Counted from the first letter of the stretch, positions 1-12,011 are shown. The stretch: 64,000 nt of DNA from an uncultured bacterium (GCA_903825575.1 CAIKAW010000047.1:21891-85890); one strand, 5' to 3'. Numbers and translations: made by a program. The notes: generated by a model from the sequence alone, not told the origin.

Positions 1-114
1 CTTCTTGCCGATCGAATGGACCCCGGCCGCTAAGAGCGCCACGGTGCCCGATTCGGGATCGCCCGCAGCAGCCTTCCTGCTTAACTCGGCGAACAACTCA
101 TCAAAGGTCTTCAT
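1..114 (-). CDS. hisE: phosphoribosyl-ATP pyrophosphatase HisE, N-terminal fragment (gene runs off the window start)
   Basis: The reverse complement of 1..114 reads [38 protein letters not shown], a typical HisE N-terminus. It is absent from the ORF track because the window edge truncates it. Confidence 0.75.
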   Translation of the reverse strand, partial: MKTFDELFAELSRKAAAGDPESGTVALLAAGVHSIGKK

Positions 115-151
115 GCCCAGAGGATACGGAGACCCGCGGACTGACTAACAG

Positions 152-625
152 TCAGGCTCCGGCGGACCGCAAGGCCAAAGCTGTGACCAGGGCTGCTGCG
201 GTCGCCTCGTACCCCTTGTCTTCGACCGAGTCCGGCAGCCCGGCCCGAGAAAGCGCCTGCGCCTCGTCGTCGCAAGTAAGCAATCCGAATCCGATCGGCA
301 CTGCCGTATCAAGTGCAACCCGAGTCAGGCCATCCGTCGCCGCACGACACACATACTCGAAATGTGGCGTGCCACCGCGGATCACCACGCCAAGGGCGAC
401 AACAGCGTCGAATCCCCCGCGGGCGCAGTGCTGAGCCATGATCGGCAATTCAAACGCTCCTGGGACCCTTACCAGTTCGTAGGAAACACCGGCAGCAGCA
501 GTGGCACGCACCGCACCGGCAATCAGCCCCGCCATGACTTGTTCGTGCCAAGCGGCCGCGACGATTGCAATGCGGAGCCCGGCTGCGTTGGGTAGCTCCA
601 GTTGCGGGGAACCAAGACCACTCAT
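152..625 (-). CDS. ribH: 6,7-dimethyl-8-ribityllumazine synthase
   Basis: 157-aa ORF with a lumazine synthase-like sequence ([17 protein letters not shown]). It is the last gene of the rib operon and its start overlaps the ribBA stop. Confidence 0.93.
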   Translation of the reverse strand: MSGLGSPQLELPNAAGLRIAIVAAAWHEQVMAGLIAGAVRATAAAGVSYELVRVPGAFELPIMAQHCARGGFDAVVALGVVIRGGTPHFEYVCRAATDGLTRVALDTAVPIGFGLLTCDDEAQALSRAGLPDSVEDKGYEATAAALVTALALRSAGA

Positions 626-1872
626 GACTGCACTCCATCCAACTCGAATTCGCCGGGCAATTGATGTCCCATGCGGTCACGCTTGGTCTGCAAGTACCGC
701 CGATTATGGTCATTGGGCTCAATTTCGATCGGTACGCGTTCGATAATCTGCAGCCCGTACCCCTCAAGCCCAGCCCGCTTAGCCGGATTGTTTGTCAGCA
801 GCCGCATGGTGCGTACGCCCAGATCAACGAGAATCTGTGCACCAGTGCCATAGTCACGACTGTCGGCGGGCAATCCAAGTTCCAGATTCGCATCGACGGT
901 GTCTGCGCCAGCATCCTGCAATTCGTACGCTCGCAGCTTGTGAAGTAACCCAATGCCTCGACCCTCGTGGCCGCGCATATAAAGGAGCACTCCCCGGCCT
1001 TCATCCGAGATTCGCGCAAGGGCCGCCGCTAATTGTGGTCCACAATCACAGCGCAAGGAGCCGAGCACATCACCGGTCAGACATTCCGAATGCACGCGTA
1101 CGAGTAGATCGGTGCCGTCACCGACATCGCCCAAGACAAGTGCGATGTGCTCAACGCCATCCACGGTGCTGCGATACCCGCTGGCCACGAAATCCCCGAA
1201 CAACGTGGGCAAAGTTGTTGTGGCTATCAGTTCCACTTGCTGTTCATTGTGCTTCCGATAAGCGATCAGATCAGCTATCGAAATCATCGCCAGCCCGTGC
1301 TCGTCGGCAAACGCTCGACATTGCGGTGCGCGCATCATGGAACCGTCGTCATTGACCAATTCACACAGCGCGCCTGCTGGGGCTAGGCCAGCCATCCGCG
1401 CTAGGTCGACACCAGCTTCGGTGTGTCCGGCGCGCCTTAGAACGCCGCCCTCCAGGGCGCGCAATGGCACGACGTGGCCCGGGCGCGTGAGTTCCCAGGG
1501 ATCGGTGGCAGAGTCGCAGAGGACCTTGATCGTGTGCGCCCGGTCACGGGCCGAAATGCCAGTGCTGATTCCGTCGCGAGCATCGACTGTCACCGCATAT
1601 GCGGTGCCTTTGCGATCTTGGTTGACATGCGTCATCGGAGGAAGTCCGAGCCGATCTAGTTCGGCGCCCTCCATCGCTACGCAGATGAATCCTGATGTGT
1701 GGCGAATCATGAATCCGACCAGTTCGGGAGTCGCTCGTTGCGCAGCGAAGATCAAGTCGCCTTCGTTTTCGCGGTCTTCATCGTCGACGACCACTACTGG
1801 ACGGCCTTCACCCACACGCTGAATTGCCAACTCAACCGAGTCGAGACGAATAGTGCCGGCACCGGCCATCAT
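622..1872 (-). CDS. ribBA: bifunctional 3,4-dihydroxy-2-butanone-4-phosphate synthase / GTP cyclohydrolase II
   Basis: DHBP synthase N-half ([11 protein letters not shown]) fused to a GTP cyclohydrolase II C-half ([12 protein letters not shown]). I moved the start to ATG 1872, which forms ATGA with the ribE stop. The ORF-track start at 1884 is TTG. Confidence 0.93.
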   Translation of the reverse strand: MMAGAGTIRLDSVELAIQRVGEGRPVVVVDDEDRENEGDLIFAAQRATPELVGFMIRHTSGFICVAMEGAELDRLGLPPMTHVNQDRKGTAYAVTVDARDGISTGISARDRAHTIKVLCDSATDPWELTRPGHVVPLRALEGGVLRRAGHTEAGVDLARMAGLAPAGALCELVNDDGSMMRAPQCRAFADEHGLAMISIADLIAYRKHNEQQVELIATTTLPTLFGDFVASGYRSTVDGVEHIALVLGDVGDGTDLLVRVHSECLTGDVLGSLRCDCGPQLAAALARISDEGRGVLLYMRGHEGRGIGLLHKLRAYELQDAGADTVDANLELGLPADSRDYGTGAQILVDLGVRTMRLLTNNPAKRAGLEGYGLQIIERVPIEIEPNDHNRRYLQTKRDRMGHQLPGEFELDGVQS

Positions 1873-2480
1873 GAAGTCCTCCAACTACTCAATCGCTCGA
1901 CGTACTTAGCCACAACATCCACTTCAAGGTTTACTGAATCGCCGGGCGCCACAAACCCCAAAGTCGTGTGAGAAAGCGTGGTCGGGATCAACGACACTTC
2001 GAACCAATGCTGCTGATTGGTGCAGCCCAAGGCGCTGACCGTCAGCGAAACTCCATCGACCGTAATCGAGCCTTTCTCAACGACGTACTTGGCCAAATCA
2101 GTCGGGAGGGATAATCGGAGAACATCCCAGTTCTCGCTATGTTCGCGCGACGCCAGAGTCCCGATTCCGTCGACGTGCCCTTGTACCAGATGTCCGTCAA
2201 AACGACCGTCAGCAGCCATTGGTCTCTCAAGGTTCACCACAGCACCCACGCCGAGCGATCCAAGCGAAGATCGCCGCAACGTCTCGCGCATGACGTCGGT
2301 CGTGAACGTTTCGCCGTTCGAGCTAACGACTGTCAGACAGACACCGTTCACTGCGATCGAGTCACCGACTTTGGCATCGGCCAGAACCATCGGCCCGCCA
2401 ATAGTTAGCGTCGCCGATTCATCGGCCAGTTCGACCACCGCCCGCAACGTTCCGAGTTCGGCAACAATCCCGGTAAACAT
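1869..2480 (-). CDS. ribE: riboflavin synthase alpha chain
   Basis: 203 aa with the MFTGIV N-terminus and the internally duplicated lumazine-binding halves. The ATG overlaps the ribD TGA by 1 nt. Confidence 0.92.
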   Translation of the reverse strand: MFTGIVAELGTLRAVVELADESATLTIGGPMVLADAKVGDSIAVNGVCLTVVSSNGETFTTDVMRETLRRSSLGSLGVGAVVNLERPMAADGRFDGHLVQGHVDGIGTLASREHSENWDVLRLSLPTDLAKYVVEKGSITVDGVSLTVSALGCTNQQHWFEVSLIPTTLSHTTLGFVAPGDSVNLEVDVVAKYVERLSSWRTS

Positions 2481-3502
2481 CAGGTCAACCCCTCAAATCT
2501 GGCGTCGATCCGCACATCCGGGCCGACTTGGGAAACCGCAGTCACTTGCAACCGACGTATTGCACCGACATCGGTGACACCGATATCACCCAGCGCGTTA
2601 GCGCCGGCGCCAAGTAGGGCAGGGGCGACGTACCAAATCACCCGGTCAACCAACCCGGCAGAGACAAATGCCGAAGCTAGCGTCGGGCCACCTTCGAGTA
2701 AGACATGGCGAACATCTGATTGGTACAGGAGTTGTAGCGCCTCGCGCGGATCACGCGTCACAAGTTGCACAGTTGGCGCCGCGCCGTCGAGAAGCTTTGC
2801 ATCAGCTGGAATCGGGCGAAGTCCCATCACGGCCCGAACCGGTTGGCGAACTCGAAGCGAACCATCATCGCTGCGCGAAGTCAGGGCTGGGTCGTCGGCC
2901 AGCACGGTGCCCGTGCCAACCAACACGGCATCTACTTCATCCCGAAGCGTATGCACCTGCGCTCGAGCTTCCGGCGAAGTGATCCAACGACTTGAACCGT
3001 CAGCCGCGGCAATTCGGCCGTCAAGAGTTGCGGCAGATTTCCACGTTACGTATGGCCGTCCCCGTCCCACCGCGATCGTCCACGGCACATTTAGTTCTTC
3101 GGCCATTTCTGATAGCACCTCGGACTCCACTGCAATCCCAGCAGCCCGCAATTCATCGGCGCCGCCGGCTGCGATTGGATTCGGGTCGGATTGAGCGAAC
3201 ACAACCCGAGCGATCCCGGCACCAATCAGAGCCGAAGTGCACGGCCCGGTCCTTCCCGTGTGACGACACGGCTCGAGAGTCACGACCACGGTGGCACCGA
3301 GGGCAGCAGCGCCGGCTTGGGCGAGCGCTACCACTTCGGCATGAGGGCTTCCTGCGCCGCGATGAAATCCTTGAGCTATCTGGGTCCCGATCGGATTCAG
3401 GATCACGCAACCAACCCGCGGATTTGGGCCCAACGCGACACCGGGGGTGCGTGCCAAGTCGATGGCGCGACGCATCGCGTCGACTTCTTCGGGTGAGGCC
3501 AT
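2480..3502 (-). CDS. ribD: bifunctional diaminohydroxyphosphoribosylaminopyrimidine deaminase / 5-amino-6-(5-phosphoribosylamino)uracil reductase
   Basis: Deaminase zinc motifs (HAEV, PCRHTGRTGPC) plus a C-terminal reductase domain. I moved the start to ATG 3502 (MASPEEVD) so that the riboswitch lies outside the CDS. Confidence 0.9.
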   Translation of the reverse strand: MASPEEVDAMRRAIDLARTPGVALGPNPRVGCVILNPIGTQIAQGFHRGAGSPHAEVVALAQAGAAALGATVVVTLEPCRHTGRTGPCTSALIGAGIARVVFAQSDPNPIAAGGADELRAAGIAVESEVLSEMAEELNVPWTIAVGRGRPYVTWKSAATLDGRIAAADGSSRWITSPEARAQVHTLRDEVDAVLVGTGTVLADDPALTSRSDDGSLRVRQPVRAVMGLRPIPADAKLLDGAAPTVQLVTRDPREALQLLYQSDVRHVLLEGGPTLASAFVSAGLVDRVIWYVAPALLGAGANALGDIGVTDVGAIRRLQVTAVSQVGPDVRIDARFEGLT

Positions 3503-3566
3503 CTCATCCCCCGTTCCGCAGCAGGGCGCGGTTCCGGGGTGCGACGGCACGCACGGACGTACCGTC

Positions 3567-3691
3567 GCGTGCACCTCCCATCCGGACTTTAACCGTCGGT
3601 CCAGGAATCACACCTGGTCAACCGACCGATGGCTTCGGTCGGGTCGCGGACTTTAACCGCCGGTTCGGGATTACACCGACCCCGGGCACGC
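3567..3691 (-). promoter_or_regulatory. FMN (RFN) riboswitch in the ribD leader
   Basis: The minus strand reads GCGUGCCCGGGGUCGGUGUAAUCCCGAACCGGCGGUUAAAGUCCGCGACC...GGUUGACCAGGUGUGAUUCCUGGACCGACGGUUAAAGUCCGGAUGGGAGGUGCACGC. Both conserved RFN halves are present, and a P1 helix GCGUGC/GCACGC closes the element directly upstream of ribD. Confidence 0.85.
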
Positions 3692-3701
3692 AGGGATAAG
3701 T

Positions 3702-4376
3702 CTACGCCTGAGTCGGGGCGGCGGCGCCCTGGGCCATGGCCCGCAAGGCTGTAACGGCAGCGGCTGGGTCGGCGGTGGCGAAAACCGCGTTGCCCGCGAC
3801 GAAGACATCAGCGCCGGCTTCGGCGCAACGCTCAATTGTCGAAGCCGACACGCCCCCGTCCACCTGGAGCCAAACTTCGCCGCCAGACTTGGCGATCAGC
3901 GCGCGGGCCCGGCGAATTTTGGGCAGCATGATGTCGAGGAAGGCTTGTCCCCCGAAACCAGGCTCCACGGTCATGATCAGGAGCATGTCGAGTTCGGGCA
4001 GGAGTTCCTCGTACGGTTCCACTGGGGTCGCTGGGCGCAGTGCCATGCCGGCCCGCGCTCCCAAGGCCCGCAAGTTTCGCGCCAAACGCACTGGTGCGGC
4101 AGCAGCTTCAACGTGGAAAGTGACCGAGCCCGCACCAGCCTCCGCATACGCCGGTGCCCAGCGGTCAGGATTCTCGATCATGAGGTGGCAGTCCAACGGC
4201 AACGCTGCCGCCGCCTTGAGGGCCTCAACCACCGGGAGGCCAATGGTGATGTTGGGGACGAAATGATTGTCCATCACATCGACATGAAGCCAATCGGCGA
4301 CCGGAGCGACTGCCGCACACGCCGCGGCAAGGTTGGCGAAGTCGGCCGAGAGCAGGCTCGGCGATATCTGCAGCAC
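3702..4376 (-). CDS. rpe: ribulose-phosphate 3-epimerase
   Basis: 224 aa with SLLSADF and [12 protein letters not shown] motifs. Confidence 0.93.
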   Translation of the reverse strand: MLQISPSLLSADFANLAAACAAVAPVADWLHVDVMDNHFVPNITIGLPVVEALKAAAALPLDCHLMIENPDRWAPAYAEAGAGSVTFHVEAAAAPVRLARNLRALGARAGMALRPATPVEPYEELLPELDMLLIMTVEPGFGGQAFLDIMLPKIRRARALIAKSGGEVWLQVDGGVSASTIERCAEAGADVFVAGNAVFATADPAAAVTALRAMAQGAAAPTQA

Positions 4377-4385
4377 GCCCGCAGC

Positions 4386-5732
4386 CTAGTCAGATCGACG
4401 TAGCAACGCGAGGAACATGGCGTCGGTGCCGTGGCGGTGCGGCCATAGTTGGATGGCCGGTCCGGCGCCGGTATTTGTGCCGGCGAGCTCAGGAAGCCAC
4501 GGACGAACATCGAGTTGCTCTACATCAGTTCGACCGGCTAGCACCTGAGCCACAAGGTCGGTCGTCTCGCTCAGGTGCGGCGAACAGGTCGCGTAGCCGA
4601 CTACTCCCCCAGGGCGCACTGCCACCAAAGCGGCACGGAGTAATTCGCGTTGCACCGGTCGCAGCCGGTCGACGTCGGCCGCCTCCCGTCGCCAGCGGGC
4701 TTCCGGTCGCCGCCTTAGCGAGCCCAAACCGGTACATGGTGCATCAACGAGAATCCGATCGAACGTGCCCGGCCGCCACGGCGGGCGACCACCGTCGGCC
4801 GCGATTACACCAAGCAGGCCAGGCAGATTGCGCAGACTGCGGGCCACCAATTCGGCTCGGTGATGGCGCACGTCCGACGCCAGAAGCTGTCCACCACGCA
4901 AATGAGCCAACCCAGCGAGCAGTGCTGCCTTACCGCCCGGGCCAGCACACATGTCGAGCCAGAGTGCGTCGCTTCCTGATATGTCGACGCGCGAAAGCGC
5001 CAGCGCTACCAGTTGGCTTCCCTCGTCCTGCACATTGGCTCGATGCTCAGCCACGGCAGCAATGTCGCCCGGGCGACCGCCCGGGAGCGTTACCCCATAA
5101 GGCGACCACCGTCCCGGGGTGGCACCGGCTGCGAGCAGTTCGGAGACATCGCATAATCCAGGTCGCACGGCCAGACTCACACCGGGTGCGGCGTTGTCGG
5201 CAGCCAGCAATTGGCCCAATTCGTCCTGCGCTGCACCCAAGGATTCGCGCAAGGCGGCGACGATCCATCGCGGATGGGAATAGCGCACTGAGTAATGCCC
5301 ATCCGGGTCAAGATCCAGTGCCGGTACGACGCGAGTGCGCCATTGAGCCTGGTCATTACGCGACATCTTTCGCATCACCGCGTTAACAAACTTGGCCGGA
5401 CCTTCGCCCGCCACCGAGCGGGCTAGTTCGACCCCCGAACTCACGGCCGCGTGTGATGGCACCCGAAGTTCGAGCAACTGATATGCGGAGAGGCGAAGCA
5501 CATCGCGTAACCGCGGATCGACCTTCTCGATCGGACGATCAAGACACCCTGCGATGACCGCATCCAGCCAGCCGCGCTGTCGAAGCGTGCCGTAGCAAAG
5601 CTCAGTCGCGAAGGCGGCATCACGAGTGTCAAGTTGCGCGACGATACGCGGAACGATCAGGTTGGCGTACCCGTCGGCACGAGCAATCTCATGCAGCGCG
5701 TCATATGCCGCGCGCCGCGCCGGATCAGCCAT
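4386..5732 (-). CDS. rsmB: 16S rRNA (cytosine967-C5)-methyltransferase (Sun/Fmu)
   Basis: NusB-like N-domain plus a SAM methyltransferase (DMCAGPGGKA, DAPCTGLG). I moved the start to ATG 5732 (MADPARRAAYD), just after the fmt stop. Confidence 0.88.
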   Translation of the reverse strand: MADPARRAAYDALHEIARADGYANLIVPRIVAQLDTRDAAFATELCYGTLRQRGWLDAVIAGCLDRPIEKVDPRLRDVLRLSAYQLLELRVPSHAAVSSGVELARSVAGEGPAKFVNAVMRKMSRNDQAQWRTRVVPALDLDPDGHYSVRYSHPRWIVAALRESLGAAQDELGQLLAADNAAPGVSLAVRPGLCDVSELLAAGATPGRWSPYGVTLPGGRPGDIAAVAEHRANVQDEGSQLVALALSRVDISGSDALWLDMCAGPGGKAALLAGLAHLRGGQLLASDVRHHRAELVARSLRNLPGLLGVIAADGGRPPWRPGTFDRILVDAPCTGLGSLRRRPEARWRREAADVDRLRPVQRELLRAALVAVRPGGVVGYATCSPHLSETTDLVAQVLAGRTDVEQLDVRPWLPELAGTNTGAGPAIQLWPHRHGTDAMFLALLRRSD

Positions 5733-5740
5733 TTCAAGGC

Positions 5741-6664
5741 TCACTCGAATCGCTCCGATGTCTCTGGTCTGATTCCACGAACCCAATCCGTAGCCGACAT
5801 TTGGCGGCGGCCGGCAGGTTGCACGGTCGACAGAATCACGTTTGCGGTGGCGGTTCCAACTACCACAGCATTGCGTTCAATCCGCAGTTCCGCTGGCGCC
5901 AAGTCCTGGGCTTCCTGACACTGCACGGGGCCCAGCCCCAGCCGCTCCCCGCGAAATTCGGTCCACGCACCGGGGTCAGGAGTGCACGCGCGGACGCGGC
6001 GATCAACGCCGAGCGCCGGTTGTGTCCACTTGATCCGAGCCATCTCGGCCGTGATCTTAGGCGCCAGAGAAATTCCATCAGGTCGCTGCGGCTCGGCGAT
6101 AATGGTGCCCGCAGCCAGTGCGTCAACCGTTGCAACAAGTAACCCGGCACCGCTGCGAGAAAGGCGCTCAAGAAGTGTTCCTGAAGTGTCAGTAGCGGTC
6201 ACATTCTCCGTCAGGCGGCCATAGACAGGACCGGTGTCCAGCCCCTCGTCAAGCCGGAATGTGGTAGCCCCCGTTATGTCGTCGCCATAAAGCAATGCGT
6301 GCTGAACTGGAGCCGCGCCGCGCCACGCGGGTAGCAACGAGAAATGCAAGTTCACCCATCCGAGTGGCGGAACTTCTAACAACGCGGCGGGCACGAGTGC
6401 TCCGTACGCAACCACAGGAATGCAGTCCGGTTCTAGCTCGGCCAAACGCGCCACGAAATTGTCATCTGACAGCGACGTCGGCGTGAGAACTTCGATGCCG
6501 TTTTCGTCGGCGAGGGCGTGGATCGGTGAATGTGCCAGCAATCTGCCGCGTCCGGCACGCGCAGGCGGTCGGGTCAGCACGGCTGTGATTTCGTGCTGAC
6601 TGGCGAGCAATGCCTCCAATGAAGGCAGCGCGGCTGATGGTGTGCCCGCAAAGATCAGGCGCAC
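5741..6664 (-). CDS. fmt: methionyl-tRNA formyltransferase
   Basis: RLIFAGTP N-terminus and HFSLLPAWRGAAP motif. The GTG at 6664 lies 5 nt after the def stop. Confidence 0.9.
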   Translation of the reverse strand: MRLIFAGTPSAALPSLEALLASQHEITAVLTRPPARAGRGRLLAHSPIHALADENGIEVLTPTSLSDDNFVARLAELEPDCIPVVAYGALVPAALLEVPPLGWVNLHFSLLPAWRGAAPVQHALLYGDDITGATTFRLDEGLDTGPVYGRLTENVTATDTSGTLLERLSRSGAGLLVATVDALAAGTIIAEPQRPDGISLAPKITAEMARIKWTQPALGVDRRVRACTPDPGAWTEFRGERLGLGPVQCQEAQDLAPAELRIERNAVVVGTATANVILSTVQPAGRRQMSATDWVRGIRPETSERFE

Positions 6665-6668
6665 GGGC

Positions 6669-7214
6669 TCAGAGCCAACGACTGGAGATCGGGTGTGGGC
6701 TGACCTTGACTGGCGGAATCGCGGCGCCAAACCATTCGGCTTCTCGGATCGCCTTCATCGCTTGCTTCCGGGTCTCATCATCGAGGCGATCAACAAATAG
6801 GATTCCGTCGAGATGATCAGTCTCATGCTGGACGCAGCGAGCAAGTACTTCGCTGCCTTCAACAACCATCGGCTCGCCAAATTCGTTGAAACCTTTGGCA
6901 ACTACCCGCATGGCCCTAGTGGTCGGATACGCCAGCCCCGGCAGCGAAAGGCAGCCCTCATCGCCCTCTTGCAGCTCGTCGGACAAATCCAGCACAGGAT
7001 TAATCAGGTGGCCTATCTCGTCGTCGATATCGAACGTGAAGACCCTCAGCAAAACCCCTAGCTGAGGGGCCGCCAACCCGGCTCCGCCTGCCTCGAGCAT
7101 GGTGTCTGTCAGATCGCTGACCAGTCGCCGTAGTTCCTTGTCGAAAGTCTGGACCGGAAGTGCAGCACTGCGCAGCACTGGATCGCCAAAGAGGCGAATC
7201 TCCTGCACTGTCAC
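6669..7214 (-). CDS. def: peptide deformylase
   Basis: 181 aa with all three deformylase motifs (GAGLAAPQ, EGCLSLPG, QHETDHLDG). Confidence 0.94.
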   Translation of the reverse strand: MTVQEIRLFGDPVLRSAALPVQTFDKELRRLVSDLTDTMLEAGGAGLAAPQLGVLLRVFTFDIDDEIGHLINPVLDLSDELQEGDEGCLSLPGLAYPTTRAMRVVAKGFNEFGEPMVVEGSEVLARCVQHETDHLDGILFVDRLDDETRKQAMKAIREAEWFGAAIPPVKVSPHPISSRWL

Positions 7215-7275
7215 AACTACTCCGATCGACGCGACCGTGGTTCGGTCTAGGTGCTAATTGTATGGATGCCCAGAC

Positions 7276-9213
7276 TCAGCCCAACACGATCGGGTCCAGG
7301 CGCGTTTCCACGCCAGGACCAGACTTACGCGCGCTGCGAAGCGCCATGGCTGCCTTAAGCGCGGCCGCCAGTTGTGCACCATCGGCAACTGGTGCCCCGA
7401 TCATCACCCGAACCGGGTCAATCACCTCGGTTAGGCGAACACCTAGGTCAGGAACTGGCCCAAGCACCCGAGCGGACGCCGGCAAATTGCACTGATCCAA
7501 AAGGTCAGTTACGGCCAGCGCGGCACCTCTTATCAATGCCACCCGCGCCGCTGGAGGCAGACCCAGTTCAGAGCGCTCAGCTAATTCACGTTCGGAAAAC
7601 CCAATCGGATCAAGGCGAACTAGCGCCTGGACCGCGCGATTGGCTGCATCGGCCCCAGCCAAGACCACGGCCCCTCCACTTCGGACCAACGCGGCCGCGT
7701 TCAGCCAACGTCGCAAGGCTTCCTCGCCCGCGCGAAGGTCCGGGCGCGCCAACAAGACGCCGGCATCGAGCAACACCGCCGCGGCATAACCGGACAGGGC
7801 CACCGGTTCGGCACCAGGAGTTGCAATAACTAGAGCGGACTCAGATCCAACTTCGGCTTTGACTTCGGTACCTGCAGAGTTGATCACTTGGGTCCCAGGA
7901 AACGCTCGTCCAAGTTCTTCCGCGGTGCGGGAACTGCCGACGGATACCGCACGCAGTTGGCCTCGTCCGCACTCCGAGCAGTTCCAGTCACCTGCTATTC
8001 GACCGCACCAAGTGCACGTGGCGATCGCGTGGCCAGTAGCCAACTGCAATGGACCGGCGCATTGCCCGCAACGAGCCAAAGTCCGGCATTCCCGGCATGC
8101 AACTGCCGGCAAATACCCCCGACGCGGAACCTGAACAAGGACCGGCCCAGCGCGAAGTCCATCGCGAATCGCCCGCCAGGCTGTGCGCGGGATTCTGCCC
8201 GCAGTGGCTACGTCGGCCTCGGAGGCGACAGCGACGCGGGGCCCTCGACTCCGTAGTACCTCGCGGCTGACCGAAACCGACCGCAGCCAACCGGTGGTCA
8301 CTAGCCGCTGCACTTCAGCAGTCCGGCCATGGCTGGCGAAAACCAAGCTCATTCCAGTTTGGTGAGCTCGCAACGAGAGAACTTCCCGAGCGTGCCAGTA
8401 CGGCGCATGAGGCTCAGAGTGCAAGTCGTCGCCGTCGTCCCACAGCACCAGCAGCCCAAGATCCGCCACCGGCGCGAACGCGGCCGCTCGGGTACCGATG
8501 ACCACCTTCACCTGGCCCCGCGAGATCCGCAGAAACGCCCGATAACGGGCGGCCGGGCCAAGACCGGCGCTAAGGACTTCAAACTGACCAGGAACCAATT
8601 GCGATAGGACAGCACCAACTCGAGCCACATCGGTCGCATCGGGCAAGACCACAAGCGCGCCGTGGTCGCCAGACATCGCAGTTACAACCAGTTCAGCAAG
8701 CATCCGCGGCCAATCATCACCGGGCAGCACATTCACACCCGCTCGAGCCGGCGTCCCACTTGCGATTCGGTCGAGCAGGCCACCGGCGCCGGAGTACTCG
8801 GACCAGTGACTTGCGTCCGGTCGGGTCGGCCGACTCAGAACTTCGCCCGCCGCCTCTGCTGTCCTCGCTGCAGCTTCGATCCGGGCGGCGCGCGGCGGGA
8901 TGGCGGTACGAATTACGTCGGACTTAGTCCCCGCGTAGCGCTCGGCAACCGCCCGGATCAACTCTGCGATCTCCGGGTGCAGCACTGGCTCAGCAGAGAC
9001 CACCTTCACCAGAGGCGCGAGGGTACCCACATGGTCGCTGTGATCAGTGCGCGCGACGACGAACCCATCGACCAGTCGCCCGGCGAAACGCACTCTTACC
9101 CGCGCACCTGGCACGGCTAAGTCGATTAGCCCTTCCGGTACCGCGTAATCGAAATCCCGGTCAAGGTGTGGCAACGGGACGTCAACCCAAACGCGGGCGA
9201 CGTCCAAACTCAT
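7276..9213 (-). CDS. priA: primosomal protein N' (replication restart helicase family)
   Basis: Cys-rich zinc-binding insert ([17 protein letters not shown]...CTWCG...CSECG) in a PriA-like architecture. I moved the start to ATG 9213, which forms ATGA with the metK stop. Confidence 0.85.
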   Translation of the reverse strand: MSLDVARVWVDVPLPHLDRDFDYAVPEGLIDLAVPGARVRVRFAGRLVDGFVVARTDHSDHVGTLAPLVKVVSAEPVLHPEIAELIRAVAERYAGTKSDVIRTAIPPRAARIEAAARTAEAAGEVLSRPTRPDASHWSEYSGAGGLLDRIASGTPARAGVNVLPGDDWPRMLAELVVTAMSGDHGALVVLPDATDVARVGAVLSQLVPGQFEVLSAGLGPAARYRAFLRISRGQVKVVIGTRAAAFAPVADLGLLVLWDDGDDLHSEPHAPYWHAREVLSLRAHQTGMSLVFASHGRTAEVQRLVTTGWLRSVSVSREVLRSRGPRVAVASEADVATAGRIPRTAWRAIRDGLRAGPVLVQVPRRGYLPAVACRECRTLARCGQCAGPLQLATGHAIATCTWCGRIAGDWNCSECGRGQLRAVSVGSSRTAEELGRAFPGTQVINSAGTEVKAEVGSESALVIATPGAEPVALSGYAAAVLLDAGVLLARPDLRAGEEALRRWLNAAALVRSGGAVVLAGADAANRAVQALVRLDPIGFSERELAERSELGLPPAARVALIRGAALAVTDLLDQCNLPASARVLGPVPDLGVRLTEVIDPVRVMIGAPVADGAQLAAALKAAMALRSARKSGPGVETRLDPIVLG

Positions 9214-10403
9214 TCGCCGATGGCGATGCGCAGTGCTGCCGCGCGATCGGTTCGCTCCCAAGTGAATTCGGGTAGCTCACGACCAAAATGTCCGTAGGCA
9301 GCGGTTCCCTGGTAGATCGGCCGCAAAAGATCTAAGGCCGCAATGATTGCTGCCGGACGCAGATCGAATACTTCGTTCACAGCGTCCTGAATTCGTTCGT
9401 CAGGAAGAATCCCGGTGCCGAACGTTTCGACGAAGAGGCCGACCGGGTGCGCCTTGCCGATCGCATACGCAACCTGTACTTCGCAACGCGTTGCTAATCC
9501 GGCAGCTACCACGTTCTTAGCTACCCAGCGCATGGCATATGCAGCGGAGCGGTCGACCTTCGACGGGTCCTTACCGCTGAACGCGCCACCTCCGTGACGA
9601 GCCATGCCCCCGTACGTGTCGACGATGATCTTGCGACCGGTTAGGCCCGCGTCACCCATCGGACCGCCGGTGACGAAACGCCCAGTTGGATTCACGAGCA
9701 GCCGATAGCCGACAGTGTCGATGCCCAGAGCCGCGAGTTCGGGCTCAACTACGTGTTTACGAATCTCGGGAGTAAGCAGACCGGCAATGTCGACATCGTC
9801 AGCATGCTGGCTCGAGACCACGACGGTGTCTAACCGGACTGGGCGATCACCGTCGTATTCGATGGTCACCTGAGTCTTGCCGTCGGGTCTCAGGTAGGGG
9901 GCCAAACCGTCCTTGCGGGCGGCCGTCAAACGCGCCGCCAAGCGGTGTGCGAGTGCGATCGGTAATGGCATCAGTTCAGGCGTATCAGTGCACGCGTAAC
10001 CGAACATCAGGCCTTGGTCGCCCGCACCCTGACGGTCGAGGGGATCGATCGATCCTTCGGCGCGCTCTTCGAAGGCGTCGTCGACGCCTTGGGCGATGTC
10101 TGGCGATTGGGTCCCGATCGAGACGGAGACCCCACACGATTCCCCATCGAAGCCCTTTACCGAGGAGTCATAGCCGATGCCCAGCACCACGTCGCGCACA
10201 ATCTTGGCGATGTCGACGTACGCGGTTGTGGTGACCTCACCAGCGACGTGCACCTGACCGGTTGTCAGCATCGTCTCAACTGCGACCCGCGAATTGCGGT
10301 CTTGGCTGAGAATCCCGTCGAGGATCGCGTCGCTGATCTGGTCAGCCATCTTGTCCGGGTGGCCTTCGGTCACCGATTCGGACGTAAACAGGCGCGTGGA
10401 CAA
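9210..10403 (-). CDS. metK: S-adenosylmethionine synthetase
   Basis: [13 protein letters not shown] and GGGAFSGKD motifs. I moved the start to TTG 10403, which has GGGAG 5 nt upstream. The longer ORF-track N-terminus has no homology-like sequence. Confidence 0.92.
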   Translation of the reverse strand: MSTRLFTSESVTEGHPDKMADQISDAILDGILSQDRNSRVAVETMLTTGQVHVAGEVTTTAYVDIAKIVRDVVLGIGYDSSVKGFDGESCGVSVSIGTQSPDIAQGVDDAFEERAEGSIDPLDRQGAGDQGLMFGYACTDTPELMPLPIALAHRLAARLTAARKDGLAPYLRPDGKTQVTIEYDGDRPVRLDTVVVSSQHADDVDIAGLLTPEIRKHVVEPELAALGIDTVGYRLLVNPTGRFVTGGPMGDAGLTGRKIIVDTYGGMARHGGGAFSGKDPSKVDRSAAYAMRWVAKNVVAAGLATRCEVQVAYAIGKAHPVGLFVETFGTGILPDERIQDAVNEVFDLRPAAIIAALDLLRPIYQGTAAYGHFGRELPEFTWERTDRAAALRIAIGE

Positions 10404-10482
10404 TGAAACTCCCTGACAGCCGGCGCAACCACCTGCGGCTGCGGATCTTGCGAAGTCTAAGCCCCAGCCAAGCCGGGCTGGC

Positions 10483-11706
10483 CTAACGCCACAGGTCGCG
10501 AACGCCATCCCAGATCGCGTCTGAAAGCACTTCCTTGGCGCCAAGGCCAACTTCAACGCTGCGCCCATCCGGCCACAGCAGTGTCGCGGCGTTATTCAAT
10601 TGGCCGAATACCGCCCCACCTGACACGTCGTTGACTACGAGCAGGTCGACACCCTTGCGAACCAATTTGGCCTGCCCGTGCTCCAGTGCCGTGTGCTGCG
10701 AATCGCCGGTTTCGGCAGCAAAACCTACGAGTACCTGTCCAACTGGTCGGCACCCAACTAGTTCGGCTAAGACGTCCGTCGTCGACTCAAGCGCCAGATC
10801 AAGTCCGGCACCCTGCTTTTTGATCTTGTGAGAAGCCGGCTGACTGGGTCGGAAATCGGCAACTGCCGCCGCCATTACAACCGCATCGGCATCGGAAGCT
10901 GCCGCCAATACTGCTTCGCGTAACTCGGAGGCAGATTCCACAGCCACTAAGTGCACACCTGCCGGAATGGGAAGTTGCACGTTGGCCGCAACCAGCACCA
11001 CCTCGGCACCTCGGGCAACGGCGGTTGCTGCAAGCGCCAACCCTTGCCTGCCACTGGAGCGATTACCCAAGAAGCGCACTGGATCGATCGGTTCGCGGGT
11101 CCCGCCTGCGGACACAACTACCTTGTGTCCAGCCAGGTCAGCAGCCAGACCATCGCGACCCCGCGCCAACACTCTCAGGGCTAGTTCGACGATTGAGTCA
11201 GGCTCTGGCAACCGGCCCGGGCCGGAGTCAGACCCGGTAAGTCGCCCGTCGGCCGGATCGATTACCAGGGCCCCCCGAGATCGAAGCGTGGCAACGTTGG
11301 CCACTGTGGCCGGGTGCTCCCACATCTCGGTATGCATTGCTGGCGCGTATATGACCGGCGCTCGGGTGGTTAGTAACACCGAAGTCAGCAGGTCATCGGC
11401 CCGGCCGCTGGCCGCGCGAGCGAGTAGGTCAGCGGTTGCCGGGACGACGATCACCAGATCGGCTTGCCTACCTATGCGAACGTGCGGTACGTCCGAGACC
11501 TGAGCCCACACATCTGTAGCCACCGGCTGCCCCGAAAGGGCCTCCCATGTGGCCTTGCCGACAAAACGCAGCGCGGCATCGGTCGGTACGACTCGAACCT
11601 GATGGCCGGACTCAGTTAGTCCGCGCAGCACTTCGCAGGCTTTATAAGCCGCAATGCCACCGGAAACCCCAAGGACCACATTGGGACTCGAGGTGCTCGC
11701 ACTCAT
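10483..11706 (-). CDS. coaBC: bifunctional phosphopantothenoylcysteine decarboxylase / phosphopantothenate-cysteine ligase
   Basis: Flavoprotein N-domain ([10 protein letters not shown]) plus a C-terminal ligase domain. The start is ATG 11706 or TTG 11718, and I could not decide between them. Confidence 0.9.
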   Translation of the reverse strand: MSASTSSPNVVLGVSGGIAAYKACEVLRGLTESGHQVRVVPTDAALRFVGKATWEALSGQPVATDVWAQVSDVPHVRIGRQADLVIVVPATADLLARAASGRADDLLTSVLLTTRAPVIYAPAMHTEMWEHPATVANVATLRSRGALVIDPADGRLTGSDSGPGRLPEPDSIVELALRVLARGRDGLAADLAGHKVVVSAGGTREPIDPVRFLGNRSSGRQGLALAATAVARGAEVVLVAANVQLPIPAGVHLVAVESASELREAVLAAASDADAVVMAAAVADFRPSQPASHKIKKQGAGLDLALESTTDVLAELVGCRPVGQVLVGFAAETGDSQHTALEHGQAKLVRKGVDLLVVNDVSGGAVFGQLNNAATLLWPDGRSVEVGLGAKEVLSDAIWDGVRDLWR

Positions 11707-11738
11707 GGGCACCGCCAAGGATTGGAAAAGCCGCTGGC

Positions 11739-12011
11739 TCAGTTGGCCGGTTCTTCGATGGTTTCGGCGGTCAGGAGCCCAGCGTCGATCTCACGCAGCG
11801 CGATCGAAAGCGGCTTCTCTTGCACGTGAGTTTCGACCAGCGGGCCGACGTTCTCAAGCAGTCCCTCACCGAGTTGTGAGTAGTAGGCGTTGATCTGGCG
11901 CGCCCGCTTGGCTGCGTAGATTACGAGTCGGTACTTCGACTCGGCGGCCTCAAGCAAGTCGTCGATCGGGGGGTAGGTGATGCCCTCGGGCCGAACGCTG
12001 GTACCGGACAC
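11739..12011 (-). CDS. rpoZ: DNA-directed RNA polymerase subunit omega
   Basis: 90 aa with the [10 protein letters not shown] core, in the conserved gmk-rpoZ position. Confidence 0.9.
   Translation of the reverse strand: MSGTSVRPEGITYPPIDDLLEAAESKYRLVIYAAKRARQINAYYSQLGEGLLENVGPLVETHVQEKPLSIALREIDAGLLTAETIEEPAN

Noticed and set aside
10404-10482. Possible SAM riboswitch in the 80-nt metK leader.
   Set aside because: I saw only two short generic hairpins and no SAM-I/SAM-IV conserved cores. The region is too short for those aptamers.
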